Below are positions 21,323-32,170 of a stretch of DNA of 64,000 nucleotides, in pieces. Source of the stretch: an uncultured Gammaproteobacteria bacterium (GTDB lineage Bacteria; Patescibacteriota; Microgenomatia; Levybacterales; UBA12049). A model generated the notes under the pieces. It did no database searches, was not told the DNA's origin, and worked only from the letters and a program-made list of their open reading frames with translations. How positions within the stretch are numbered: the stretch's first letter is position 1; each line of letters begins with the position of its first letter. The DNA lies in contig CAZZCX010000001.1 of the NCBI GenBank assembly GCA_964653195.1, positions 35,290 through 99,289 of the forward strand, given 5' to 3'. Both the position numbers and the translations under genes were made by a program.

Positions 21323-22492
21323 ATGAGACAGTATCAAAATATCAGACTCATCAAGTGGTTTAATTTTTTTACTGATCTAAAGCTTTACGGTCCAGTTGCT
21401 GTTATTTATTTTGCGCAAATTACCGATTCATTTGCATTAGCGATGAGTGTTTTTTCTGTCGTATTTCTGTCTGCTGCCTTTTTTGAGATACCTACAGGGT
21501 ATATCTCAGATTTTATCGGACGTAAAAATACTCTGATTTTCGGTGCAGTTTCTGCAGTCATATTTACAATTTTTTATGCCATAGGTATATCCTTTTGGAT
21601 ACTAATCGTGGGTGCTGTTTTTGAAGGATTATCACGTGCATTTTATAGCGGAAATAACGAAGCACTTATCTATGACTCGTTAGCAGATAGCGAAAAAGAA
21701 AATTTTGGATCACATTTAGGTAAGTCTTCAGCAATGCTGCAAGTTGCATTGGCTCTCTCAGCATTCATTGGGAGTATTTTGGCAAGTAAGTCATTCAGTA
21801 TTGTTTTGTGGTTGTCTGTAATACCGCAAATAATTTGTTTATTAATTGGTTCTAGATTATATGCACCTCTTAATCAGCACAAAACGGATAATAATTTATA
21901 TTTGCATTTTAAAGAAGCAATAGCTTTATTTAAAGGAAACTTCAGTTTAAAAAGACTGAGTTTAGCTATGATGCTTAACCGCGGAATTGCTGAGGCTGCT
22001 TTTGATTTCCAAGCTGCATTTTATCAAACTATATGGCCTGTATGGGCAATTGGATTCGCAAAAATGCTTTCCTATATAGGTGCAGCTTTGAGTTTTTATT
22101 ACAGCAGTAAATTAATAAAAAAGTTTGGTGAAGTAAATATGATACTCTTCAGACATATAATAAATAGAATACTTTTCTCTATTGCACTCCTGTTTCCCAA
22201 TAACGCTTCGCCTTTAATCATGTCATCAGGATCTTTGCTCTATGGCGCAGAGATAGTAGCTACGCAATCATTGGCACATAAAGAATACTCTGATAAACAG
22301 CGTGCAACTATGGGTTCTTTAGTATCTTTCGGTGGAAGTATTATATTTGCAATAGCTGCTGTTATAATGGGAGCCATTGCCGATTCGTATGGACCGGCAA
22401 AGGCTCTTTTTATCGGACAGTTGACTTTAGTTGTAGTTATTTTTTTGTACTGGTCAATTTACAGAATTGATAAGAAGCATTTTAAAGTATAA
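21323..22492 (+). CDS. MFS transporter
   Basis: ~12 TMs, EIPTGYISDFIGRK motif A, 'QRATMGS'. Confidence 0.85.
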   Translation: MRQYQNIRLIKWFNFFTDLKLYGPVAVIYFAQITDSFALAMSVFSVVFLSAAFFEIPTGYISDFIGRKNTLIFGAVSAVIFTIFYAIGISFWILIVGAVFEGLSRAFYSGNNEALIYDSLADSEKENFGSHLGKSSAMLQVALALSAFIGSILASKSFSIVLWLSVIPQIICLLIGSRLYAPLNQHKTDNNLYLHFKEAIALFKGNFSLKRLSLAMMLNRGIAEAAFDFQAAFYQTIWPVWAIGFAKMLSYIGAALSFYYSSKLIKKFGEVNMILFRHIINRILFSIALLFPNNASPLIMSSGSLLYGAEIVATQSLAHKEYSDKQRATMGSLVSFGGSIIFAIAAVIMGAIADSYGPAKALFIGQLTLVVVIFLYWSIYRIDKKHFKV

Positions 22493-22549
22493 GTGTATAT
22501 AATTTAAACTTCATACTACTACATGCTAATGTGATAAAATAGCCTCCAT

Positions 22550-23218
22550 ATGAAATCTGTAGTATGTGTATTTGCACATCCTGACGATGAGGCTTTCGGA
22601 CCTGGTGGGACAATAGCTCTTCTATCTAAAAAATTACCTGTATACATCATTTGTGTGACAGATGGTGATGCAGGTCAAAATAGTTCAAAAGCGAAAAGAG
22701 ATTTAGGAATAATCCGCAAAGAAGAGTTAAAACGTTCAGCAAAGTTATTAGGTGTGAAAAAGGTTTTCTTCTTAGGCTTTAATGATGGAAGTTTGTGTAA
22801 CTCCCTATATCACGATATGGCTGATAAAATAAAGTCAATAATATCAAGGATAAAACCTGATACCCTACTGACATTTGAACCCAAAGGTGTAAGTGGTCAT
22901 ATAGATCACATTACAGTTAGTATGGTCACGACGTATATCTTTAATAGAGTTAAATATATAAAAAAACTAATGTATTATTGTATTGGGGTGAATCACAGGG
23001 TTTTAGAAGGAGAAAATTATTTTATATATTTTCCTGATGGCTATAAAAATGAAGATATAGATGAAATTTATGATATATCCTCAGTATGGGAACAAAAAAT
23101 TGCAGCTATGGATGCACATCGATCTCAGAAACATGATGGAGTAAATATTCAGAAAATTATCAGGCAATTACCTAAGGAAGAATATTTTTTAGTAAATTTA
23201 AAAAAGAATAATAATTAA
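22550..23218 (+). CDS. PIG-L/LmbE family deacetylase
   Basis: AHPDDE, TDGDAG, GHIDH, HRSQ. Confidence 0.9.
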   Translation: MKSVVCVFAHPDDEAFGPGGTIALLSKKLPVYIICVTDGDAGQNSSKAKRDLGIIRKEELKRSAKLLGVKKVFFLGFNDGSLCNSLYHDMADKIKSIISRIKPDTLLTFEPKGVSGHIDHITVSMVTTYIFNRVKYIKKLMYYCIGVNHRVLEGENYFIYFPDGYKNEDIDEIYDISSVWEQKIAAMDAHRSQKHDGVNIQKIIRQLPKEEYFLVNLKKNNN

Positions 23219-23228
23219 ATCTACGAAA

Positions 23229-23885
23229 ATGATAAAAGTTTCAGTTTTTACAAATGAAAAAGGAAAATATGGTAATCCCCTGGGTATCGTAATTGATACA
23301 GAAAAGAAAATAAGCCATAAAGAGCGTTTGAAGATCACAAATAAAAGCGGATTAAGCGAATTAGTTTTTGTAGATAATTTTAATAATCGAAAAATAAGCA
23401 TCTATTCTCCTAAGAGGAAAATTTCCTTTGCAGGGCATGCTGTGCTGGGTGCTGCTTTCTTTTTTGAGAAAATATTGAATAAATCAATCAGTAAAATTAC
23501 AACCATGGATAAAGAAATCGATATTTGGTTTGAAGGAGAGAGATTGTGGGCAAAAGGAGAGTTGAGCACTACTCCTTCTTGGTGGCATGAAAAACTGGAT
23601 TTCGTAAACGATTTAGAAATGCTGAAAGGTCCTCAATCAAAAATACAAGGCCATACTCAGTTATGGGCATGGATGGATGAAAAGAAAGGTATAATCCGTG
23701 CAAGAACTTTTGCTGCAGATTGGGGAATACCTGAAGATGAGGCAAATGGTTCCGGAAGTATGCGATTGGCAGCAGCTTTAGGGCGATCCTTGATAATTAA
23801 TCATGGAAGAGGTTCATTGATACACGCTAGGCCATCGGGTCCGGGATATGCTGAGATAGGCGGATTAGTTAAGATTTTGAAATAG
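23229..23885 (+). CDS. PhzF-family isomerase-like protein
   Basis: VFT...GNPLG, SELVF, FAGHA, EDEANGS. Confidence 0.85.
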   Translation: MIKVSVFTNEKGKYGNPLGIVIDTEKKISHKERLKITNKSGLSELVFVDNFNNRKISIYSPKRKISFAGHAVLGAAFFFEKILNKSISKITTMDKEIDIWFEGERLWAKGELSTTPSWWHEKLDFVNDLEMLKGPQSKIQGHTQLWAWMDEKKGIIRARTFAADWGIPEDEANGSGSMRLAAALGRSLIINHGRGSLIHARPSGPGYAEIGGLVKILK

Positions 23886-23968
23886 ACTTTTTGAATTCAC
23901 CACAGTGAAATAATAGATATAATTTATACATATAGCATGCATAAGTCATACCTAAAAATAAATCAAAC

Positions 23969-25036
23969 GTGATTAAAAAAATAATATTACTATTAGCAGT
24001 GATAGGGATGGGATTATTTGCGATATCAGCGCGGGAAACCTTTAAAGATAGAAATGCCAATATACCCGATCGTAATAAGAAGTCGGATTTGGTTGAAAAA
24101 AAAGAAATGACCTCACTTTTTGTTCCTTATTGGACTCTTGGAGAAGGTATTATGCATCAACAAGATTACGATAAATATTTATACTTCGGAATCACAGCAA
24201 CGCAAGACGGTGTAAGCACCAATGAGCCTGGATATAAAAATCTTTCAACCTTCATTGATTCTGCTGGTGCTGAGGCAGAAAAATTACTAGTTTTAAGGAT
24301 GCTTGATTCGAAAGTTAATTTTGATATCTTGAAAGATACATCAAAACAGGAAAAGCTCATAAGTCAGACTATAAATGTCGCAAAGGAATATGGATTTGAT
24401 GGAGTTGTATTGAATTTGGAACTTTCAGCTCTTCCTTTTGATTCGCTAATTAAGCAAATCAATAGCTTTAATAGTGACTTTTTTAAAATATCTAAGTCAG
24501 ACGGTCTTAGTTACTTTTTAACAATATATGGCGATGTGTATTATAGAATCCGCCCTTTTGATGTAAAAAATTTAGCTGAAAACTCAGACCGAATTATGAT
24601 AATGGCGTATGATTTTTCAAAAGCGAATGGTAATCCAGGACCTAATTTTCCGTTACAGGGAAAAGAAAAATATGGCTATGATTATACAGAACTGGTAAAT
24701 AAACTAATTGCTGAAGTTCAAGCCAAGAAAATTGAAATAATTTTCGGTTTATATGGTTATGACTGGCAGGTAGATAATAAAAATATAGCACAACTTACAG
24801 GTAAATCTTTAAGCCATCTTGAGATAAAAAATTCAATACTCAATAACTGCGATATATTGTCTTGCAGCAACACTCGAGATAATTTATCAAAAGAAAATGT
24901 AGTTACATATATTGGCAAAGACGGGAAGAAGCATACTGTTTGGTATGAAGATTTAGCTTCTATTGAAGAAAAAAAGAATTACTTAAAATCAAAAGGTATT
25001 TACAATTTTAGTCTTTGGGCAAATAGTTACTTTTGA
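23969..25036 (+). CDS. GH18-family glycoside hydrolase-like exported protein
   Basis: Signal/TM, FDGVVLNLE (variant of DxxDxDxE), IMAYDF, YGYDW, VWYED. Confidence 0.75.
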   Translation: MIKKIILLLAVIGMGLFAISARETFKDRNANIPDRNKKSDLVEKKEMTSLFVPYWTLGEGIMHQQDYDKYLYFGITATQDGVSTNEPGYKNLSTFIDSAGAEAEKLLVLRMLDSKVNFDILKDTSKQEKLISQTINVAKEYGFDGVVLNLELSALPFDSLIKQINSFNSDFFKISKSDGLSYFLTIYGDVYYRIRPFDVKNLAENSDRIMIMAYDFSKANGNPGPNFPLQGKEKYGYDYTELVNKLIAEVQAKKIEIIFGLYGYDWQVDNKNIAQLTGKSLSHLEIKNSILNNCDILSCSNTRDNLSKENVVTYIGKDGKKHTVWYEDLASIEEKKNYLKSKGIYNFSLWANSYF

Positions 25037-25087
25037 TTTCTATATTTAATAATAGCGTTGTGTTTTCTGATCTTGATAAAATGACTA

Positions 25088-25116
25088 TTGACGACTGAGT
25101 TAAAGTATTGTATCAT
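25088..25116 (+). promoter_or_regulatory. sigma70 promoter of tuf
   Basis: TTGACG-N17-TATCAT. Confidence 0.6.
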
Positions 25117-25163
25117 TACATTAATCTCATTTCTGATGAGATTTATTTTTCTGAATTTTAACT

Positions 25164-26345
25164 ATGGCAGATAAATTTCAACGCAATAAACCACATGTAA
25201 ATATCGGTACTATCGGTCACGTCGATCATGGTAAAACTACTTTATCGGCTGCTATTGCAACAGTCCTTTCTAAAAAAGGTCTTGCAACCGCTAAGAAATA
25301 CGAAGACATAGATAATGCTCCAGAAGAAAAAGCTCGCGGAGTTACTATTAATATCTCCCATATCGAATACGAAACAGATAAGCGCCATTATGCGCATATT
25401 GATGCTCCAGGACATGCTGATTATATTAAAAACATGATTACTGGTGCAGCGCAAATGGATGGTGCAGTTCTGGTAGTATCAGCTCCTGATGGTCCAATGC
25501 CACAAACCAGAGAACATATACTTTTAGCATATCAAGTAGGTGTTCCTTCAATCGTGGTATTCATGAATAAGTGCGATATGGTACAAGATGCAGAACTTTT
25601 GGATTTGGTAGAGATGGAAGTAAGAGAACTTCTTACTAAATATAAGTTTCCGGGAGATCAAATACCAGTTATTCGTGGATCAGCACTAAAAGCTCTTGAA
25701 GGAGATGCTGAAGCTGAAGCTAAGATTATGGAATTGATGGATACAGTCGATAGTTATGTTCCGACTCCTGAAAGACCTACAGACAAGCCATTTCTTATGG
25801 CTGTTGAGGATGTATTTTCTATAAAAGGTAGAGGTACTGTAGTAACAGGAAGAATTGATAGAGGTATAGTAAAAGTAAATGACACAGTTGAGATAATTGG
25901 GCTTCATACAACAAAATCTACGGTAGTAACAGGTGTAGAAATGTTTCGTAAGCAGCTTGATGAAGGACAAGCTGGCGATAATGTAGGACTATTACTTCGT
26001 GGTATAGAAAAAGATGACGTAGAGCGTGGACAAGTATTAGCTAAACCCGGTTCTATCACGCCGCATACACAGTTTGACGCAGAAGGTTATATCTTAACCA
26101 AGGAAGAAGGCGGACGTCATACCCCTTTCTTTACAGGTTATAGACCACAATTTTATATCAGAACAACTGATGTAACAGGCTCAGTTGACTTGCCTCAAGG
26201 AGTTGAAATGGTAATGCCAGGAGACAATACAAAAATGAGTGTAAAGCTTATTGTACCTGTTGCTTTAGAAGAAGGACAACGATTTGCAATTCGTGAAGGT
26301 GGTAAAACCGTCGGAGCAGGTGTTATCACTAAAATTATTGCTTAA
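25164..26345 (+). CDS. tuf: Elongation factor Tu
   Basis: [36 protein letters not shown]. Confidence 0.99.
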   Translation: MADKFQRNKPHVNIGTIGHVDHGKTTLSAAIATVLSKKGLATAKKYEDIDNAPEEKARGVTINISHIEYETDKRHYAHIDAPGHADYIKNMITGAAQMDGAVLVVSAPDGPMPQTREHILLAYQVGVPSIVVFMNKCDMVQDAELLDLVEMEVRELLTKYKFPGDQIPVIRGSALKALEGDAEAEAKIMELMDTVDSYVPTPERPTDKPFLMAVEDVFSIKGRGTVVTGRIDRGIVKVNDTVEIIGLHTTKSTVVTGVEMFRKQLDEGQAGDNVGLLLRGIEKDDVERGQVLAKPGSITPHTQFDAEGYILTKEEGGRHTPFFTGYRPQFYIRTTDVTGSVDLPQGVEMVMPGDNTKMSVKLIVPVALEEGQRFAIREGGKTVGAGVITKIIA

Positions 26346-26358
26346 GAACTATAATTAC

Positions 26359-26382
26359 ATAGGCCGTAAAGGCCTATTTTTT
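26359..26382 (+). terminator. Intrinsic terminator after tuf
   Basis: ATAGGCC-GTAAA-GGCCTAT followed by T run. Confidence 0.75.
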
Positions 26383-26452
26383 ATGACTTCGATTGGGTAG
26401 AATTTGTGCTCTTTAACAGTTTGTTGGTACGTAAATATAAAGGAGAAAGAAT

Positions 26453-26761
26453 ATGCCGAAAGGTAAAATACGTGTACGTTTAAAAAGTTACGATTCCCGA
26501 GTATTAGATGCTTGTTGTCAGCAGATCTTAGATACTGCTATAAGAACAGGTGCAAAAATAATTGGTCCTATCCCCTTGCCTACTGATAGAAGTGTATATG
26601 TAGTAAATCGTTCTCCATTTATTGACAAAGACGCGAGAGACCACTTTGAAATAAGAGTACATAAGCGTTTAATTGATATAATTTCACCAACAGACAAGAC
26701 AATTGATAGCCTGACCCATTTAGAATTACCAGCCGGAGTAGATATAGAGATTAAGATGTGA
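26453..26761 (+). CDS. rpsJ: 30S protein uS10
   Basis: [23 protein letters not shown]. Confidence 0.97.
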   Translation: MPKGKIRVRLKSYDSRVLDACCQQILDTAIRTGAKIIGPIPLPTDRSVYVVNRSPFIDKDARDHFEIRVHKRLIDIISPTDKTIDSLTHLELPAGVDIEIKM

Positions 26762-26966
26762 TAGGTCAATTATTCAGAATTTTAATAATTCGCATGAATA
26801 GAATACTAGTATTTTAGCGTCCGAATTAGTATAATCGAGAATACAGGGAGGAAAGATCAGATAGATTAAAGTGATGAGTAAGATCAATTTGCCCAAAAAT
26901 ATTAAAATGAGGAGGTTTGTAAAGGCCTAAATTCGGAATCAGAAAGAATAAGAGTTTCTATCGAGG

Positions 26967-26993
26967 AGGTAGCCGAATAGGCTATCTTTTTTT
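26967..26993 (+). terminator. Terminator/attenuator-like hairpin immediately upstream of rplC
   Basis: AGGTAGCC-GAATA-GGCTATCT + T tract ending 3 nt before ATG. Confidence 0.65.
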
Positions 26994-26996
26994 GTT

Positions 26997-27839
26997 ATGA
27001 ATAAGATTATTGGTAAAAAAAAGTTTCAAGCACAGGCATTTTTGACCGATGGGACAAGAATACCAGTAACTTCTATTGAAGTTATGGATAATGTTGTTTT
27101 ATCTGTAAAAACTATTGATACTCATGGATATAATGCTGTGCAGCTAGGTTATGATAAACGGAAAAAGTCTAAAAAGTCTTTATTGGGACATGCCAAGAAA
27201 GCTAATTTGACTACTGCTCCTTTGATTATTAAAGAGGCTCATATAGGTTCGAATGAAGCTTTCAATATTGGGGACGCGATAAGCGTTGATTCAATATTTA
27301 AGTTGGGAGATATAATAAAAGTAACGGGTAGATCGAAAGGTAAAGGCTTTGCTGGAGTAGTTAAGAGACATAATTTTCGAGGTGGTCCCAGAACGCATGG
27401 TCAATCAGATAGAGAAAGGGCTCCTGGATCTATCGGACAAACAACTACACCTGGTCGAGTATATAAGGGCAAAAGGATGGCAGGTAGGATGGGTAATGCT
27501 ATTACATCTTCCTTGAATCTGGAAATTGTAGATATCGAGGAGATAAATGGCTTAAAGAGAGTTTTGGTGAAAGGTTTAGTTCCAGGTGTAGTAAATAGTA
27601 TAGTAACAATAGAAAAAACAGGAGAGTTATCCGAGAAGAAAGTGCTATCTGTTATAAAGCTAGATAAAAAAACACTTAATGAAGTGACTCAGGATCTTTC
27701 GACTGTGACTGAAAACGTAGTTACTACAGATAATGCGTCAAATAGTGCACCAGATAGTTCTGTAAATGAACCAGTTGTAGCCGAGAAAGAAAGTCAAACA
27801 ACAGAAGTTATCGAAACTAAAATAGAAGATAAAAAGTAA
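26997..27839 (+). CDS. rplC: 50S protein uL3 (acidic C-terminal extension)
   Basis: GYNAVQLG, SKGKGFAGVVKRH, RAPGSIG, KGKRMAGRMG. Confidence 0.97.
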   Translation: MNKIIGKKKFQAQAFLTDGTRIPVTSIEVMDNVVLSVKTIDTHGYNAVQLGYDKRKKSKKSLLGHAKKANLTTAPLIIKEAHIGSNEAFNIGDAISVDSIFKLGDIIKVTGRSKGKGFAGVVKRHNFRGGPRTHGQSDRERAPGSIGQTTTPGRVYKGKRMAGRMGNAITSSLNLEIVDIEEINGLKRVLVKGLVPGVVNSIVTIEKTGELSEKKVLSVIKLDKKTLNEVTQDLSTVTENVVTTDNASNSAPDSSVNEPVVAEKESQTTEVIETKIEDKK

Positions 27840-27840
27840 T

Positions 27841-28635
27841 ATGGCCAAAGCAAATCTTAAAAATCAAACAGCATTAACTAAGGTAAGTAAAGCCAAGATT
27901 GAGAAAGTTATGAAAACAGAAAAAGTTCAGAAGGCTATAAAGCTTAAATCTCAACCTGAAACAAAAATATCTAAGTCAAAGAGTGGATTAAAAGTAGATG
28001 TTATAGATATAAGTGGTAAGGTAATTGATTCAATTGATCTCCCTAATGAAATATTTGGGGTGAAAATTAATAAAGCTCTAATAGCCCAAGCGGTAAGAGT
28101 TTATCTTGCAAATCAACGTCAAGGTAGCGCTAGTACTAAAACTAGAGGTGAGGTGCGGGGTTCAACTAGGAAAATTTATCGACAAAAAGGTACCGGAAGA
28201 GCGCGTCATGGCGCAGTTAGAGCACCAATATTTGTACATGGGGGTATTGCGCATGGACCTAAACCTAGGGACTACAGCCTTAAATTACCACAAAAGATGA
28301 AAAAAGCTGCTCTATATTCTGCACTTTCTGCAAAATTGAAAGTAGGTGCATTGACAGTGGTCGACGGAATAGAAAAGACAGATGGAAAAACGAAGTCAGT
28401 AGTAAATCTATTTAACACCAAGAGTAAGAAGACCATAAAAACCCTTTTTGTTATTGAGGGAAAACATGAAAACTTACTGCGTTCAATTAGAAATATAGAA
28501 GGTGTGACTTACGAATATGCTTATAAGCTACACGCTTATGGAGTAATTGAAAATCAAAGGGTGTTTTTTATGAAAAATGCAATTACATTTTTAAAAAAGC
28601 AATTAGATGAAAGAGTAACTGAAGTACAAAAATAA
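27841..28635 (+). CDS. rplD: 50S protein uL4 (Lys-rich N-terminal extension)
   Basis: TKTRGEVRG, RQKGTGRARHG, GPKPRDY. Confidence 0.97.
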   Translation: MAKANLKNQTALTKVSKAKIEKVMKTEKVQKAIKLKSQPETKISKSKSGLKVDVIDISGKVIDSIDLPNEIFGVKINKALIAQAVRVYLANQRQGSASTKTRGEVRGSTRKIYRQKGTGRARHGAVRAPIFVHGGIAHGPKPRDYSLKLPQKMKKAALYSALSAKLKVGALTVVDGIEKTDGKTKSVVNLFNTKSKKTIKTLFVIEGKHENLLRSIRNIEGVTYEYAYKLHAYGVIENQRVFFMKNAITFLKKQLDERVTEVQK

Positions 28636-28636
28636 T

Positions 28637-28924
28637 ATGCAAAACGTTATTATTCGACCGCTTATAACTGAGAAATCAATATCTTTAGCAAAAAGCGGTA
28701 AGTATACATTTATAGTTTCCAAAGATGCGGGAAAAAGTAACATAAAACTGGCTGTTGAAGAAGCATTCGGCGTTACAGTTTTGGACATAGTTACATCAAT
28801 GGTAAAAGGCAAAACGTTAAGAACCGGTAAGAGACGGACAGAAATTGTAATTAGTCCTGTGAAAAAAGCAATAGTTAAGATAGCTAAAGATCAGAAGATT
28901 GACCTTTTTGAGCTAGCAGGATAA
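28637..28924 (+). CDS. rplW: 50S protein uL23
   Basis: PLITEKS, KKAIV. Confidence 0.95.
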   Translation: MQNVIIRPLITEKSISLAKSGKYTFIVSKDAGKSNIKLAVEEAFGVTVLDIVTSMVKGKTLRTGKRRTEIVISPVKKAIVKIAKDQKIDLFELAG

Positions 28925-28927
28925 AAT

Positions 28928-29686
28928 ATGAAACATTTAAAAATTATTAAAAAGAAAAGAACCGGTAGAAGCTCGTCTGGTCAAGTGGTGGTTAGGCATC
29001 AGGGTGGTGAGCATAAGCGATATTTACGGCTAATTGATTTTAAAAGAATGAAAGTGGGAATAAGAGGAAAAGTAATAGGTATTGAATACGATCCTAATAG
29101 GACAGCTGATATTGCTTTAATTCAATATATAGACGGTGATAAGAAATATATATTGGCACCTGATACTCTTTCTGTTGGTGATTCTGTGATGTCCGGGAGT
29201 CAGGTGGAAATTCGACCAGGAAACGCAATGCCTCTTAGTGAGATTCCTGTTGGCACTATGGTCCATAATGTTGAATTGACTAAGGGTAAAGGAGGCCAAA
29301 TAGCAAGGAGTGCAGGGTCAGGAGCTGTAATTTCTGCCAAAGAGGGTAAATTCGTTCATTTACGTATGCCTTCAGGTGAAATGAGACGTGTTCATATGAC
29401 CGGATATGCTACAATCGGACAGTTGGGAAATATAGAGTGGAAGGATGAGGTAATGGGGAAGGCTGGAAGAAATAGACATAGGGGAATTAGGCCAACAGTT
29501 CGGGGAGTTGCACAAAATCCAAGATCACATCCACATGGTGGAGGAGAAGGTCGTTCGGGAATCGGTATGACATCTCCGAAAAATTATACAGGTAGAGTAG
29601 CTGTAGGAAAAACAAGAAATAAGAAAAAACATTCGAATAAGTTTATTATTACGAGGAGAAGTAGTAAGAGTAAAACTAGGAAATAA
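28928..29686 (+). CDS. rplB: 50S protein uL2 (short N-terminus)
   Basis: RHQGG, EYDPNR, RPTVRG, HPHGGGEGR. Confidence 0.97.
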   Translation: MKHLKIIKKKRTGRSSSGQVVVRHQGGEHKRYLRLIDFKRMKVGIRGKVIGIEYDPNRTADIALIQYIDGDKKYILAPDTLSVGDSVMSGSQVEIRPGNAMPLSEIPVGTMVHNVELTKGKGGQIARSAGSGAVISAKEGKFVHLRMPSGEMRRVHMTGYATIGQLGNIEWKDEVMGKAGRNRHRGIRPTVRGVAQNPRSHPHGGGEGRSGIGMTSPKNYTGRVAVGKTRNKKKHSNKFIITRRSSKSKTRK

Positions 29687-29773
29687 TTAAGTGTTTATGA
29701 CTAGTTGTTAACGACGAGAAAACATAAGTTGCTAAATAGTCTAAGTAATAAATTCTTAATAAATAACTAAAAT

Positions 29774-30058
29774 ATGTCAAGAAGTAGTAAAAAAGGACCA
29801 TTTATAGATCAAAATTTACTTAAAAAGGTGATGGCCCAGAAACAGTCTGGATTGAATTCATCAATTAAAACCTGGAGTAGGGCAAGTCAAATTCCGCCTG
29901 AATTCGTGGGTCATACGTTTATGGTGCATAATGGTCGGATATTTGTAAGTGTTTTTGTGCATGAAAATATGGTGGGAAGAAGACTTGGTGAATTTTCTCC
30001 AACCAGGACATTCAGAGGCCATGGAAGGGTTGTCGCCAGAGAGATAAGCAAGACATAG
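29774..30058 (+). CDS. rpsS: 30S protein uS19
   Basis: [22 protein letters not shown]. Confidence 0.97.
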   Translation: MSRSSKKGPFIDQNLLKKVMAQKQSGLNSSIKTWSRASQIPPEFVGHTFMVHNGRIFVSVFVHENMVGRRLGEFSPTRTFRGHGRVVAREISKT

Positions 30059-30140
30059 CATAAAGCTGAGTGAATTAATAATTAGCGCAAAGCGTTAAGT
30101 AAGTTAAGTATTTGACATAAAAGTAATATAAAAAATACAA

Positions 30141-30539
30141 ATGAAAATACAAGCGATAAGTAGAAACGTTAGAATCAGTCCTAGAAAAGTTCGATTAGTA
30201 GCTAACGCAGTGAGGAATTTGTCTGTGGGTAACGCTTTGGTTGCATTAAAAGTGACTCGAAAGCGGGCTGGAGTAGCTATAGCCAAGACTATAGAAAGTG
30301 CTTTGGCAAATGCGGTGAATAATGCAAAACTTGATAAGGGAGTTCTTTCAATATCGGATATTGAAATAAATGAGGGGCAGGCTCTTAAGAGATTTCATCC
30401 ATCAACTCGTGGAAGAATTCATCCATATAAAAAAAGAAGCTCGCATATAAGAGTAATTTTAGAAGAAAGAATATCACAAGAAGTAAAAAAAGCAGAACCA
30501 AAAATTGTAGAAAAAAGGAAGGAGGATAAAAAGTTATAG
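30141..30539 (+). CDS. rplV: 50S protein uL22
   Basis: RISPRKVRLV, SALANA, KRSSHI. Confidence 0.96.
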   Translation: MKIQAISRNVRISPRKVRLVANAVRNLSVGNALVALKVTRKRAGVAIAKTIESALANAVNNAKLDKGVLSISDIEINEGQALKRFHPSTRGRIHPYKKRSSHIRVILEERISQEVKKAEPKIVEKRKEDKKL

Positions 30540-30570
30540 TTTATAACTTATAGCTAATATCTTTAAACAT

Positions 30571-31218
30571 ATGGGACAGAAAGTAAATCCACACATTTTA
30601 AGGCTTAATACAGTATTTCGCTGGAATAGCAGGTGGTTTGATGAAAAAGAATATAAAAATACTGTGCTTGAAGATTTCCTGATTCGAAAGTTACTTCGGG
30701 AAAAGTTGAAAAGCGCAGGAATTTCAAAAATTGATGTCGAAAGATCAATCAACAGTATTAAATTAATCTTATACGTTGCCCGTCCTGGTATAGTTATCGG
30801 TCGTGCAGGTTCAGGACTGGAAGAATTGAAGAAAACGATAGTGAGTTTTTTTAGGAATCAACGTAAAGATAAGCAATTGCCAAAGCTTGATATTCGAGTT
30901 GAGCCAATTAAAGAGCCGAACTTAGATTCTTATCTAGTCGCGAAAAGTATAGCAGATCAGCTTGAGCGAAGAATGCCTTTTAAAAGAGTCTTGGTCCAAA
31001 CCGCTGATCGTGTGATGTCATCGGGCGCCAAGGGAGTAAGAATCTTACTTTCTGGTAGAATAGCTGGTGCTGAAATTGGAAGACGGGAAAGAGTGCAGTT
31101 GGGTACAGTACCATTATCAACAATTAGAGAAAACATTGACTACTCAAGCCTTCCTTCTTTGACGAAAAAGGGTTATATAGGAGTCAAAGTTTGGATTCAT
31201 AAAGCGGAAGGAAAGTAG
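30571..31218 (+). CDS. rpsC: 30S protein uS3
   Basis: MGQKVNP, RPGIVIG, GRIAGAEI, GVKVWI. Confidence 0.97.
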   Translation: MGQKVNPHILRLNTVFRWNSRWFDEKEYKNTVLEDFLIRKLLREKLKSAGISKIDVERSINSIKLILYVARPGIVIGRAGSGLEELKKTIVSFFRNQRKDKQLPKLDIRVEPIKEPNLDSYLVAKSIADQLERRMPFKRVLVQTADRVMSSGAKGVRILLSGRIAGAEIGRRERVQLGTVPLSTIRENIDYSSLPSLTKKGYIGVKVWIHKAEGK

Positions 31219-31294
31219 AATTTATTAAAATGTTATTTATTAACGAGTTAACGAGTTAGGTAAAACTAGCTAATAAATAACTCTTTAATAAATT
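31219..31294 (+). repeat. Long inverted repeat with 8-nt tandem units (rpsC-rplP spacer)
   Basis: AATTTATTAAA/TTTAATAAATT and GTTATTTATTA/TAATAAATAAC are exact reverse complements; inner TAACGAGT x2. Confidence 0.8.
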
Positions 31295-31306
31295 AATATA
31301 AAAAAT

Positions 31307-31726
31307 ATGTTAGTACCAAGAAGAGTAAAATATAGAAAACAAATGAGAGGTGTCATGAAGGGTAATGCTACACGTGGTGTAGAGCTTGCTTATGGTGAAT
31401 TTGGTTTATCAGCTCAATCTGCCGGATGGATATCAAGCAGGCAAATTGAATCAGCTCGTCGGGCAATTACGCATTATACACAACGTGGTGGTCGGGTATG
31501 GATTATGATATTCCCAGATAAGCCAATCACAAAAAAACCGCCTGAAGTCCGTATGGGTAGCGGAAAAGGTGATGTGCATGAGTATGTATCAACAGTAAAG
31601 CCGGGTAGAATTATGTTTGAGATAGGCGGAGTATCGGAGATTATGGCGAAAGAAGCCTTGAGACGGGCATCCCATAAATTGCCGGTTAGAACAAAACTAG
31701 TGTCTAAGAGAGGATTAATGGTATGA
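31307..31726 (+). CDS. rplP: 50S protein uL16
   Basis: [21 protein letters not shown]. Confidence 0.97.
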   Translation: MLVPRRVKYRKQMRGVMKGNATRGVELAYGEFGLSAQSAGWISSRQIESARRAITHYTQRGGRVWIMIFPDKPITKKPPEVRMGSGKGDVHEYVSTVKPGRIMFEIGGVSEIMAKEALRRASHKLPVRTKLVSKRGLMV

Positions 31727-31938
31727 AAACAAATGAAAGAAAAGAATTGCATAAAAAATCTATAGATGATCTTAATAAGTCACTTGCTGAAAAACAAAAT
31801 GTGCTGAGTGAATCACGCTTGTCACATACAAGAGGGAAGCTAAAAAATCCGAGAATATTAAGATCTATAAAAAGAGAAATAGCTCAAATAGCATCGATTC
31901 TTAGAGGAAAGGAGTTATCAAATGGCAAAAACACTTAA
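31723..31938 (+). CDS. rpmC: 50S protein uL29
   Basis: Position; '[16 protein letters not shown]'. Confidence 0.9.
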   Translation: MKTNERKELHKKSIDDLNKSLAEKQNVLSESRLSHTRGKLKNPRILRSIKREIAQIASILRGKELSNGKNT

Positions 31939-32170
31939 CGGTATAATCAAATCAACTGATATGCAGAATACTGTTATCGTAGAGGTAACCCGTAGAATTC
32001 CTCATCCTAAATATAAAAAACTTATGAAAAGAAGTAAGAAATTTGCTGTTTCGTTAAATGGCAATACTGTAAAAGTAGGAGATTCTGTTACGATCACTGA
32101 AACAAGACCAATTTCCAAAAGGGTACATTTCTTGATTAGTAAAATAAACGGAAAGGAAAAAGTTTTATGA
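31922..32170 (+). CDS. rpsQ: 30S protein uS17
   Basis: [20 protein letters not shown]. Confidence 0.95.
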   Translation: MAKTLNGIIKSTDMQNTVIVEVTRRIPHPKYKKLMKRSKKFAVSLNGNTVKVGDSVTITETRPISKRVHFLISKINGKEKVL

